From contig JAUPSS010000004.1 of the NCBI GenBank assembly GCA_040285825.1, forward strand, positions 434,001 through 498,000: DNA of 64,000 nt, given 5' to 3'. Source of the stretch: Eukaryota sp. TZLM1-RC. Taxonomy: Eukaryota; Protista; Metamonada: BaSk clade. Under the pieces are notes generated by a model. It was not told the origin of the DNA and did not search any database. It was given only the letters and a program-made list of their open reading frames with translations. Both the position numbers and the translations under genes were made by a program. Below are positions 48,501-56,899 of this stretch, one piece after another (the stretch's first letter is position 1; every line of letters begins with the position of its first letter).

Positions 48501-49688
48501 GGGACCGTAGAAAGGAGGCCGTTTGTTGCTCATCTCCGTGGGAGGGATGGCTTCTGGATCCTCTGGAATGACTCGTGAGTCCCTATATCTAGCGTAAGGG
48601 TTGTGCTGACGGGAAGCACCATGATGAACACTCGAGCTAGCGTGGGAGCTAGTTTGGGAAGGGGTAAGTCGAGCAGGTGTAGAGGATGTTCCTCTTCTAG
48701 CTTCAATCTCTCTGTCCAATCTTTTTCTGTGTTCCCAGTTTCGTTCTTCTTGGAGAAAACGCTCTATATATTCTTTAGAGACCTCACCAGGAATTTTGTC
48801 AATTTCAGAAGAAGGTGCCGTGGGAGGGACCTGATGTTGAGGTAGAGGGGAGAATTCCTTGGGAGGTTCCTCGTACTCAACCAAATCTGAAAAGATTTGT
48901 TCGTACCTTTTCCTTTGCTCTTCGGAAAGAAACGAAGGAAGGTTCGAAAGGCTAGGAATGGAATCACTAGCCTGGTGAGGGGAAACAGACAGATTATTAA
49001 CTCCTCTTACTGTTGATGTAGTAAGAGGAGATCCTGAAGTTGAGACAGCAGGATTTTGGATAGTTCTCCTAACGGTTGGAACTGCAGGGAGAAGCTGTTG
49101 AGAGTGAGAGGGTGGAACCTCAGAACTGGATGGAAGGGATGAAGATGGTACTTCAATGGCCTTCTTAGAGGAGGAAGAGGGTTGGTCTTCCAATCCTTCT
49201 TTTGCAGTGAGAGAAGGTTGAACAGTCTCTCTGCTCTGAGTAGAAGGTGAAGGTGGTACTTCCGAACTTCTTCCAGGGAGGGGAGAAGGTGGGACTTCAG
49301 ATGCCCCCAATTGCGAAGGTGGAAGAGGAACAACGGAATCCTCTACGTCCTCGTCGTCGTAGGAGACCAACGAAGGACTTCTTCCTTCCGAAGGGACGGA
49401 ATCCTTGGGAGGGTTGTCTCCTTCGGCAGGAACAGAATCCTGAGGAGGGGAGCTTCCTTCCATGGGAACGGAATCCTCTGGAAGGGAATTGTCTTCCTTT
49501 GGGGTGGAACCCTCAGGGAGAGTTGCTTCAGGAAGCGCAGAAGCTTCAACCGAAGAAGGAGGCACGGAAGCAGGGTCTGTGGTTAGTGGTGAGGAAGAGG
49601 GACCAGTCTCTTCCTCAAGGATCCTACGCTGAGCCGGGGACGACCCAATACGTATTGATGGTCTTGGCTGTTGGTTATTGTTTGACAT
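45540..49688 (-). CDS. gag: Gag-protease part of the polyprotein, with very long N-terminal extension
   Basis: CNFCKKKGHPTERC knuckle; aspartic protease IIDSGAT..ILIGADLL; frame broken at the C5 run 45550-45554. Confidence 0.92.
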   Translation of the reverse strand: MSNNNQQPRPSIRIGSSPAQRRILEEETGPSSSPLTTDPASVPPSSVEASALPEATLPEGSTPKEDNSLPEDSVPMEGSSPPQDSVPAEGDNPPKDSVPSEGRSPSLVSYDDEDVEDSVVPLPPSQLGASEVPPSPLPGRSSEVPPSPSTQSRETVQPSLTAKEGLEDQPSSSSKKAIEVPSSSLPSSSEVPPSHSQQLLPAVPTVRRTIQNPAVSTSGSPLTTSTVRGVNNLSVSPHQASDSIPSLSNLPSFLSEEQRKRYEQIFSDLVEYEEPPKEFSPLPQHQVPPTAPSSEIDKIPGEVSKEYIERFLQEERNWEHRKRLDREIEARRGTSSTPARLTPSQTSSHASSSVHHGASRQHNPYARYRDSRVIPEDPEAIPPTEMSNKRPPFYGPKVENDLGLWISPRIGPFLTDERITPETSRNDPEPTHEPRPGVRFMRTTREGVFRRFAGDEDNLFINVHNPCPYPRFSPGYNASLDILIDRDYRTGWWFTETTYGERLFLYDRRPDHIASYCGPDHRRSGNLQRALQLVTVFPGCIESRMLKWVMVEGRIEKTRLVQPAISSYQVPAQIEETVPSPEPQQSEAPSSSAQPPESPQPPMETDSFPITETSNPNQSAMEQADDDVATVSSESPTPTTSSDAVPAPITPVSRAPQPLPTPSTTGSTSSISSHHSPFSGTYESSLLLSSMMGSRDRDDRRRDRPKRPYLEACDLRDADKLLKFVNKFILWSRTDRVLRETRGNVEDPAQIALANEVARLREELELAREGSQPPIDEYFGNITGEPVHEWDLFRQAMRINPRGLAECVTPEVLNALRYQGAHLAISSPTVPTSRDERIIWAQILRRTQFSRLDEANRALLATNMDWSERDYGNRWIDFMVNIGRVLTRSTAIQEFRGISQQLRTFSISSTPPADRLPDWVVATHVLESVEIIPIRDRLLRIWSSPSHYSCDGHTLGEFFSVLQIEYENFCNARSFMEQLNHVDFTYQNQLTHQQASRRPPMVVPSPPDIPRPRGSGPGKRPKQSKRGGSLPQSSSQAADVQCNFCKKKGHPTERCPSEDCQRSKKWREQQAQQQARGRSSRGPGFRSRRGTRGRGRGSSYNKRSRHYLCTLETIPPTTTTQPHTESSAWKDSLINPLANLEPTKTLNSQAHFFSEQADLNGHDSDTIFMVQSMNHNCLQLNFLINNVEVKGIIDSGATCSVVTEDVISNCNMARSNETISYKIADGTTSQSLGTASGTLSIRLGSVTQIVHVKHKFSIVPGHETILIGADLLSHLGLMNNKGIYIRMDDACRTLLLPEAEFDHRISQASEVVNVSTRWLEHINSSGCTINLDNDHFKKSLLQTLKEFEDVFTLKPHAEGIDCPPMEINFYNEDVRVRRPPGP

Positions 49689-51144
49689 ACAATGTAGAGT
49701 AACAGAAGTGTAATTTATAACGAAGAGGAATTGTATTCTCTCTTCTTAAGCTAACAGGCGGAATACTAATAACTAAACTATTAACTATAAATACTATTCA
49801 AGACTAACAACTTGACTTGGCCAAGAAAAAGAATCCCGCTTTTGCAAATCTTTTACAAGATATGTGTGACAGTACTTCTTCTGCCTTTGCAACAACAATT
49901 CCTGAAGTTTATAGTACTCTCTAACTCATTCTGCTTGGACTTTGAATATGATTTCGTTCCTTTTTCTGACCTGATAATTTACTTCATAATTGAATTTTTC
50001 AATGTTCTCAAAAAATTACCATTACTCACTTGTTAAATTGTAAACATTTTATTACTTTTTGAAGCAAGGTTCATGATGCTGTAAGAAACCAATTATACTG
50101 TATGTGTAAGTGTCATAGAATCGAATTTTTTTTGGAACTCCTGTTGTCAAATCTGTTTGATGCTGAAAATAATTTTCATCAGAACAATAGAGGTGATGTT
50201 ATATTACCTGGATTAGATGGAAGCTTCATGCTATTGGATGTAATGTCTGTTGATCCTTGTGATGACTCAAATGAAAGGCTTGCTAATTCTGAAATTCATA
50301 ATTCACTTTCACATGTTGAAAATTTCAAAATCAACAAATACAATGAACCTTTGTTCTAATTGGCCAGTCAACAGCATGCAAAATACTATTTGTATCCATT
50401 TGTGTTTTCTCTTTTTGGTTCGCTTTCTCCAACGACTATACGTTTTTTGGAAGATTTTGAAATGATTGTAAAGAGAACTTTTAACAGATTGTTGTGGCAA
50501 AATAGAATTGTGTTTCCTATTTTCAAGAAGATGTTGAAGATGTTTTCTGATGCTTTGCCTTCTTTTCGTTCTCACTATGAGGGAGAAGCATCTAGTTGTT
50601 TTGTTTATGGAGAAATGGATTATTGAGATGTTTATTTATAAGTCTTCTGATAAATAAATATAAACGAAAGAACCTATCTTATTATCTAACCTGCATTGGC
50701 CACAATCCTCCAATTGTTCATATCTAAGTGTGATGTTTCCTTTATAAGATTTGTCTGTTATAAAAAGTCAGCAATCAATGATGTTGATGCTGTATGGTTA
50801 GACATTGTACAGAATAGAGATAAAAGATGAATGTATTTATTAAATTTCACTGGCCCTTATAAAGGCCGTCACAAGTGAAGTCTATAGTAGACTAATTGTC
50901 CACAGTGCAACAATATCCTTTTTTGTTATGCTTGAACTGTGTTTCAAAAAATGTAATTTCGGTGTAGTTCCTGAAGTTGAACATCATGAAATTCCCGATG
51001 ATGTTGGGCTCTAACCATTATCCATAGATTGGAAAAATTCGATCTTTAACCAGCAGTATATGGATAGAAGTGCGGCTGGCCAAAAATGAATCTTCTTGAT
51101 TTGCACCTAATCACACTTCAAATCAATAACTCAGATCGTGCACA

Positions 51145-52911
51145 ATGATCATCACCAGCTCACAGCTTGAAACACTACTTAAAAACCTTCAAGATGTTCC
51201 ATCTATTCGAGGGATCCGCAAGTTTTCTCAGATCCTTTACTCTGTCTGTCATGCCACTGATGAAGTCTCTGAAGAAGAAGACTCTCTCCCAGTACTACTT
51301 GACACTGCTGATGACCACCAAACTGTCATCATTTTTGCTCTTACCCATCTGCGTCATATCTTTGATACTCTCCTCTCCACCACCACAGACCACACTTCCT
51401 CTCCCAAATGGCCCACTCTACAACGTCCCATTAAGCTCATTATTGCCAGTATCACTCACTTTATCGCATCTCTCACCAACTTGGGCAACTCTGACATCAT
51501 CAATATCGTTCTCCTGGGAGCTTCAACCCTTTCCCCCTTCTTTGCCCAGTTTCCCAACCTTGCAAAGGTAGCGGTGGCTTCATCATTGAAACTATGGACA
51601 CAAGAACCTGATCGTAAATCATCATTAGAAGAACAAGATCAGTTTAACAGGTCTGGAGCTTCTTTACCTGCATTTCAATTTCTGTCTTCTCTGGTCAAGG
51701 AGTTCACATCATCTAGCTCAGAAATGGCGGTCAAAATTCTACGGAGGTCTATAGAAGATTACCTTTCAGTTGCACGTTTCACTAGTGATTCTTCACAAAA
51801 ATTTCACAAATTTTTACTGGACACTCTCACTGATCTCTTCTCAAGTTGTCCTTCCCAATGCACTTATCCTTCTTTATTCTATTGCATTAGAGAGGCGGCA
51901 AGAGTGTTAAGGGGTGCGGTCATCAGTAGGAAAAACCATGGGAAAGCTGTTGTTGGAAAAGATAAATTTTATTCAAAAGGAAAGAAGTTGACCCAATCAG
52001 ACCTACGTCAAAAGGCACTTTCGGCAACCCAATTTGCCAGATTGAGGTTTTTAACTAGAATTGTGGGTGAGCTCGTTTCTAAAAATTTGGATGTGTCAAA
52101 TAATCCTGGTGATTTTGCCTTGTTATTACAACCAATTTTCTCAATACTTAATGGGACTGCTTCAATTGCAAATTCACCATCCACTTTTCCTGCACGGTTG
52201 TTAGCAGTAGAGCTCATTATTGACTTGTCAATCAAAACTGACACGTACTGTCACGTTATTTCATTGTTAACCCCTATCATAGAATCACCTTCCATAACAG
52301 GAAAGTTGAGTCCTACTCCTAAGAATTCAAATTTTGTTAATGTCGAGCTAACTCTTAAAGCAAGCGAAGGTATGGTTGGGACTCTTTTACTTGCCCAACC
52401 AGTTTTGGAAAAAACCACTAATTTGATTAAAAAGTTTGCTTATTTTTATAGGTCAAATCCCAGCTTTCCAGAGTTGCTATTTGCAGTCATCTCCAGTGGA
52501 AAATTAGCTTTAAAAACTGCCAATAGGGCTTTATTTAGTGGTATTAGTGATTTAATTGATGAATTAACTGTAAATGTGGGGTATATTCGGAAAAATAGAA
52601 GTTTAATTGATTTTCCCATGACGTCAGAGGATTCTTTGAAGAAATTCATTGACTCTGAAGCTGAGAAGTGTCCATTAGGCAAGGTTTTGCAGGTTAAAAG
52701 GATTAAAAATGAGTCTCAAGAGGTCAAAATAGAAAGTCAAAAATCTAGGAAATCCCGAGAAAATGATGTTAAAAAACCAAGACTTACAATCACAGATATC
52801 GAAGTCAATGTTAATTCAAATAAGGAAAAGGAACCAAGTATTCAAGAAGAACAGGTAAGGGATCTGGTTTTATCTTCTGATGAGGATTGTTATGTGTCTG
52901 ATTCAGAATAG
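51145..52911 (+). CDS. NOC2: Nucleolar complex protein 2 homolog
   Basis: Helical protein with Noc2-like YPSLFYCIREAARVLR, FPARLLAVELIIDLS..TYC and SFPEL; charged tail. Confidence 0.72.
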   Translation: MIITSSQLETLLKNLQDVPSIRGIRKFSQILYSVCHATDEVSEEEDSLPVLLDTADDHQTVIIFALTHLRHIFDTLLSTTTDHTSSPKWPTLQRPIKLIIASITHFIASLTNLGNSDIINIVLLGASTLSPFFAQFPNLAKVAVASSLKLWTQEPDRKSSLEEQDQFNRSGASLPAFQFLSSLVKEFTSSSSEMAVKILRRSIEDYLSVARFTSDSSQKFHKFLLDTLTDLFSSCPSQCTYPSLFYCIREAARVLRGAVISRKNHGKAVVGKDKFYSKGKKLTQSDLRQKALSATQFARLRFLTRIVGELVSKNLDVSNNPGDFALLLQPIFSILNGTASIANSPSTFPARLLAVELIIDLSIKTDTYCHVISLLTPIIESPSITGKLSPTPKNSNFVNVELTLKASEGMVGTLLLAQPVLEKTTNLIKKFAYFYRSNPSFPELLFAVISSGKLALKTANRALFSGISDLIDELTVNVGYIRKNRSLIDFPMTSEDSLKKFIDSEAEKCPLGKVLQVKRIKNESQEVKIESQKSRKSRENDVKKPRLTITDIEVNVNSNKEKEPSIQEEQVRDLVLSSDEDCYVSDSE

Positions 52912-53099
52912 GTTTTTAGTTTGGTTTGTTTATTTAATTTCGAATTGTTTCATATCTTTTTTTCATAAATTTAGTCTTTGTTTGAAGTTTTTGAAGGATT
53001 ATTTTTTCCAAAGATGAGATCAATTTAAATTTATGTAGTTTTAATAGGCGAACAAACACTGTAAAAGAGGCAACTTTACGTTAAAAAGAATTGTTTAAC

Positions 53100-53880
53100 G
53101 AAGGTTTCGGCTATGTGCCTATAATGAGCCTTTTGTAACAAGAATGAGAACATATCTGAATATACCCATTTGCCAACTTCTATTAAAAGAAACATGTACT
53201 TGTTCTAATTCACCACAGCTCACCTTAAATCATGGTGTGAATTGTTCTAAATTGATAACCTGTCGTTCTTCATTACATGTTGCTGTTAGAGACACTGTTT
53301 TTAATATGACACGAACTGCAAGAAATTCGTGTATCAAAGCGCCTCTACTGAAAGAAACAGTGTCATTAAATAATTTTGGTTCTGATGACAGAGGTGATGT
53401 ATACTGTGATTGGATTGAGAACTCCGGAGTTGTTGTTGATTTTGTCTCCTGTAATGTTGCAAATGACACTTTAAAGGTTTAAAGAAGAAAACTTGATCCT
53501 GTAGATGCTCTTCAATTTAAGGCCAAAGAAAATCATAGAAAATATGACAAAGATATCGAAGAAGCTAATGGAAAGAAACAGACAAGTTCAAACAGTTAAG
53601 CTCAATTTATTCCTTGCCCATTGACTATAAACGGAAGACAGTCAGTAGAAACAGGATTCGTTCAAGAAACGAAGCAAAAATGAAGAGATTGGATATCATT
53701 CTAAATACAATTCGCTTTGATCAATAATTAATATCTATTAATATAATTTCTTTTATCGAATAAGAGAAACAATGGCGAGAGAAGAAGCAGATCAGGATTT
53801 TGCAGAGGAAATCTTGGTTCATTGAATTTAGTCCCATTTGTTCTGATTTAATTTTACTAAGTGTTTTGGTTCAATAAAAT
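53100..53880 (+). mobile_element. Non-LTR family A 3' remnant
   Basis: NNFGSDDRGDVYCDW; AATAAA end. Confidence 0.88.
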
Positions 53881-54065
53881 TATATATCAAAAAAGAACAC
53901 AAAAACATTGAATACAAATAGGTGCTAATGTTGCCATAAGAAAGACTCCGAAGAGATAATTTGATGCCAGATATTTCGATATAAATAGAGGCAGAAGTAT
54001 GAGAAATCTGGCCACAATTTTGAAAATCAAACATTATTTTCTTACATACCGCAACATCCTACTTA

Positions 54066-54647
54066 ATGGAAGACGACTGGGAAGCTGTCCAAGTTGACGA
54101 ATACGGTGTCTCTAACACTACATCTAAAAAACCTCAACCAGAAGAAGAAGACTCTGACATTCCTGACGATTGGGAGCTCTCTGAAGAGGAAGAAGAAGAG
54201 GTAGTAAAGGCCACCCACGAAGAAGAAGCTGACTATGAAAGCACTCGTAAGCTGTTCGGTGAGGTAGGTGTTCGTGCTACCGGTGATCCAAATGACGCTA
54301 TTTCCGGCTTCAACCCCATCTCAGCGGCTGACTTTGAAACCCTAGGTACTGCTATTGGCAAGAAATGCCTTGCTTATCACAAGGATTCTCTGAATTTTGA
54401 TACCCTGGTCAAGACCATGCTCAATGTTGCCCTCACGAAACTCGACAGTGAAGCCGTTCGCCGCATAGCAGGTTTTGTTTCGACTATCGCTAACGAAAAA
54501 CTTGCTGCCGAGAAGGCCGCAAAAGGTGGAAAGAAGAAGAAGAGCAAGAAGGTCAGTCTAAAAAAAGAAAAGGTTAATAACCCTATTGACGTGCTTGATT
54601 ACGAAGAGGGTGCTGATTATATTGAGGATGATTATGGATTTATGTAA
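54066..54647 (+). CDS. eIF3j: Translation initiation factor 3 subunit J
   Basis: Acidic N-terminus with two DDWE motifs; FNP..DF; ANEKLAAEK..GKKKKSKK; C-terminal DDYGFM. Confidence 0.88.
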   Translation: MEDDWEAVQVDEYGVSNTTSKKPQPEEEDSDIPDDWELSEEEEEEVVKATHEEEADYESTRKLFGEVGVRATGDPNDAISGFNPISAADFETLGTAIGKKCLAYHKDSLNFDTLVKTMLNVALTKLDSEAVRRIAGFVSTIANEKLAAEKAAKGGKKKKSKKVSLKKEKVNNPIDVLDYEEGADYIEDDYGFM

Positions 54648-55145
54648 TTTATAAGGTGTTTTTAATTTAGCATTGTATTCTTTTATCTGTGTGGTTTTTA
54701 ATGTGGTTTTTTGTGAAGGTTATAAATGTTTTAATTGATTTTAATGTAGATTATTATTTCAATAACAATGACAAAAACAATTTAAATGATGTGCTTTGAA
54801 AGTAATAGAGGTAAGGAGTGATCATTTATTTGATTGAAGCTAATTGTGTGGTAACCAAATGGATTGAACACTTGATGTAATCTAACCCTAACCGTAACCC
54901 TGTCCAAACAACAACTCAATATTGAATGTAAATTGCTCCTTACAATAAAGGTATTTGAAGAGATTCAAAAAAGAAAATCAAATGTTTATTAATCAAATTT
55001 TTGTGGCAAAAAGTGGAAAACTAGAACATATTAGATAAAGTTACAAATAACAAAATAAAAAACAGAAAAACGTAATAATTCGATAGATAAATTCAAAAAA
55101 ACTGCTGAGGTCTACATAAATCAAATAAATTCACCGCAATTACCA

Positions 55146-55565
55146 CTAGCCTTTTTTATCTTTTGCCATATATTCTCTTAATTTACCCCCAAAGGTCACA
55201 TGCAGCAAGTGTCGCTTTTTGGGGAAAGACACCTTGGGATTCTTTAAAGTATTAATTATTCTTTGTGATTCATTGGCTTGTTCCTTTGTTGGTCTTCTGT
55301 ATTTAAGGCCCAACTCCAATTGGTGAATCGCCCAGTTCTTCTCCTCTTCAAATCTGACCATGGCTTCGGCCTGAGGGTTTGGTGGATTAGGAGCGGTGGC
55401 TGGGGGAGAGGGTGTAGTGGTCAATGTTTTGAGTGCATCTTCTGGTATTTGGACTGTTGAAATGACATTGGAAAGATTTGATGCTTGGTCAGAGGCCGCT
55501 TTCCGCTTGATTTGCTTCATGCGATGTTGGCGATTGGCTGCTAGGATAGCTGCTGTGGAAGACAT
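55146..55565 (-). CDS. UPF0488/C8orf33-like (DUF4615) protein
   Basis: FEEEKNWAIHQLELGL..KEQ..TLKNPKVSFPKKRHLLHVTFG..M. Confidence 0.75.
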   Translation of the reverse strand: MSSTAAILAANRQHRMKQIKRKAASDQASNLSNVISTVQIPEDALKTLTTTPSPPATAPNPPNPQAEAMVRFEEEKNWAIHQLELGLKYRRPTKEQANESQRIINTLKNPKVSFPKKRHLLHVTFGGKLREYMAKDKKG

Positions 55566-55689
55566 TTGCGTAATGTAAGTACTGCTCTTTTGATGAAAGG
55601 TGAATTTCTAACGATATCTGATGCAAATTTCTTTTGAATAGACCTGAAAATGAAGATGAAAATACTTTTGGGAAACGCCGTGCTGATTT

Positions 55690-56160
55690 ATTACACCAGG
55701 GTCTGATGGTGTGATAAAAGTTGTTGATGTTTCTAAGCATTCAGCAATTGATTTTGCCAATAAAGAAACTCCGCTCTGCTTTGCTGAAAAGAGCAAAATC
55801 AAACAGTACTATGGGCCCTTATCTCAGCTAGGATGTGTTGAGCATGTCAAGTATCAGCTGGTTCCATTTGCAGTTTCTCTTTTTGGTAACATTGAAATAT
55901 CTGGAATTAAATTTCTCGAAGGTTTCAGAAGTTTAATAAAAGAAAGAGCGGGAACAGAATTGAACTTCATTGTTTTGGCACAACAGAATTGTTTTCAGTA
56001 TTCTTAAAGCAATTCCCGAAATGATAACCAAAGCACTGCTACAATTAGGATTAGAGTATGAGAATCGCAAATTGAAGAGGTTTGATGATGTTGATGTGTG
56101 TATTGAGGATATTGGGTTCTAGTTTTTTGTTAAGTTGTTTTGTTTTCGTTTCAAAATAAA
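55690..56160 (+). mobile_element. Non-LTR RLE 3' remnant
   Basis: VVDVS..AEKSKIKQY..VPFAVSLFG; AATAAA end. Confidence 0.78.
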
Positions 56161-56899
56161 AAAATTAAATAGAAAAAAACAAGTTTCTTGTAGAAAAAAT
56201 CAGATGCAATTCAGGGTTCCCTCCAATTCTTACATTTTTGATAGGATGCTCGGCGTAATTTAGATCTTCCTCTGTATATGACGATCAAACAAAAATTAAA
56301 ACAGCAACAGCACAATACGCGTACAGGTACACAATCCATGAAATAACAGTCATGTGGAAGGTCTCCGAAATGGTTCTGGTCTTTCATTGAGGAAATGTTG
56401 ACTTATTACTATCTCAAGCTGATTCCTGGAGTCCCTCGACCACATTATCTGACATTCAAGGAAAATAAACTTATCGTTATTCACCTTTCCATAATCATGG
56501 TGAACCTTCTTGTGGAAAATCTTACACCAATTGACTTTGGCTGAGTTCGTATACTCATCCCCGATCTGTGGCATTTTCAAAGTGTTTTTGAATCTATTTC
56601 AAAAATCTCTGTCTTCGTGATTTGATAGATTTGCGCAGATGACCACTGTCACCTGTTCCAAACCAAATTGTCGTTTCTCTCTTGAGTCTAGTACAATACA
56701 TGATGTTGAAATCACCTGATTTTCACTCTTTAGAATTCCGACAATTCTCATTGTTGGCTCCTCGCCATAGTTAGTTGTTTGTCTTTTACAGTAATCACGT
56801 GATGCCACGTCATCACGTATTTATCTAGATTGTTGTTTTATTTCATTTGATTATTTCCACCTTTGTAATAAACACCCCGTCTTCCTGTTTATTACCTCG

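Larger units (their letters stand above)
42408..49809 (-). mobile_element. Full-length young Ty3/Gypsy (chromovirus-like) LTR retrotransposon, 7402 bp
   Basis: Apparently identical 154-bp LTRs 49656-49809 and 42408-42561 (TG..CA); 4-bp TSD ACTT; PPT GAAAGAGAGGAAAAGGCAG; order gag-PR-RT-RH-IN. Confidence 0.97.
41700..50660 (+). mobile_element. Degenerate non-LTR element ('LANSEIHNP' family) split by the Ty3/Gypsy insertion (41700-42407 and 49810-50660)
   Basis: FKFLGYWAG RT end; sequence resumes after the TSD; NRGDVILPGLDGSFMLLDV. Confidence 0.8.

Noticed and set aside
45889-49702. Multiple plus-strand ORFs antisense to gag
   Set aside because: Shadow ORFs of a GC-richer S/P-coding strand; no recognisable motifs
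54883-54901. Telomere-like CTAACCCTAACCGTAACCC
   Set aside because: Only three imperfect units; could be chance
56350-56751. Short minus-strand ORFs upstream of the second Ty3 element
   Set aside because: Look like decayed coding sequence, but no family could be recognised
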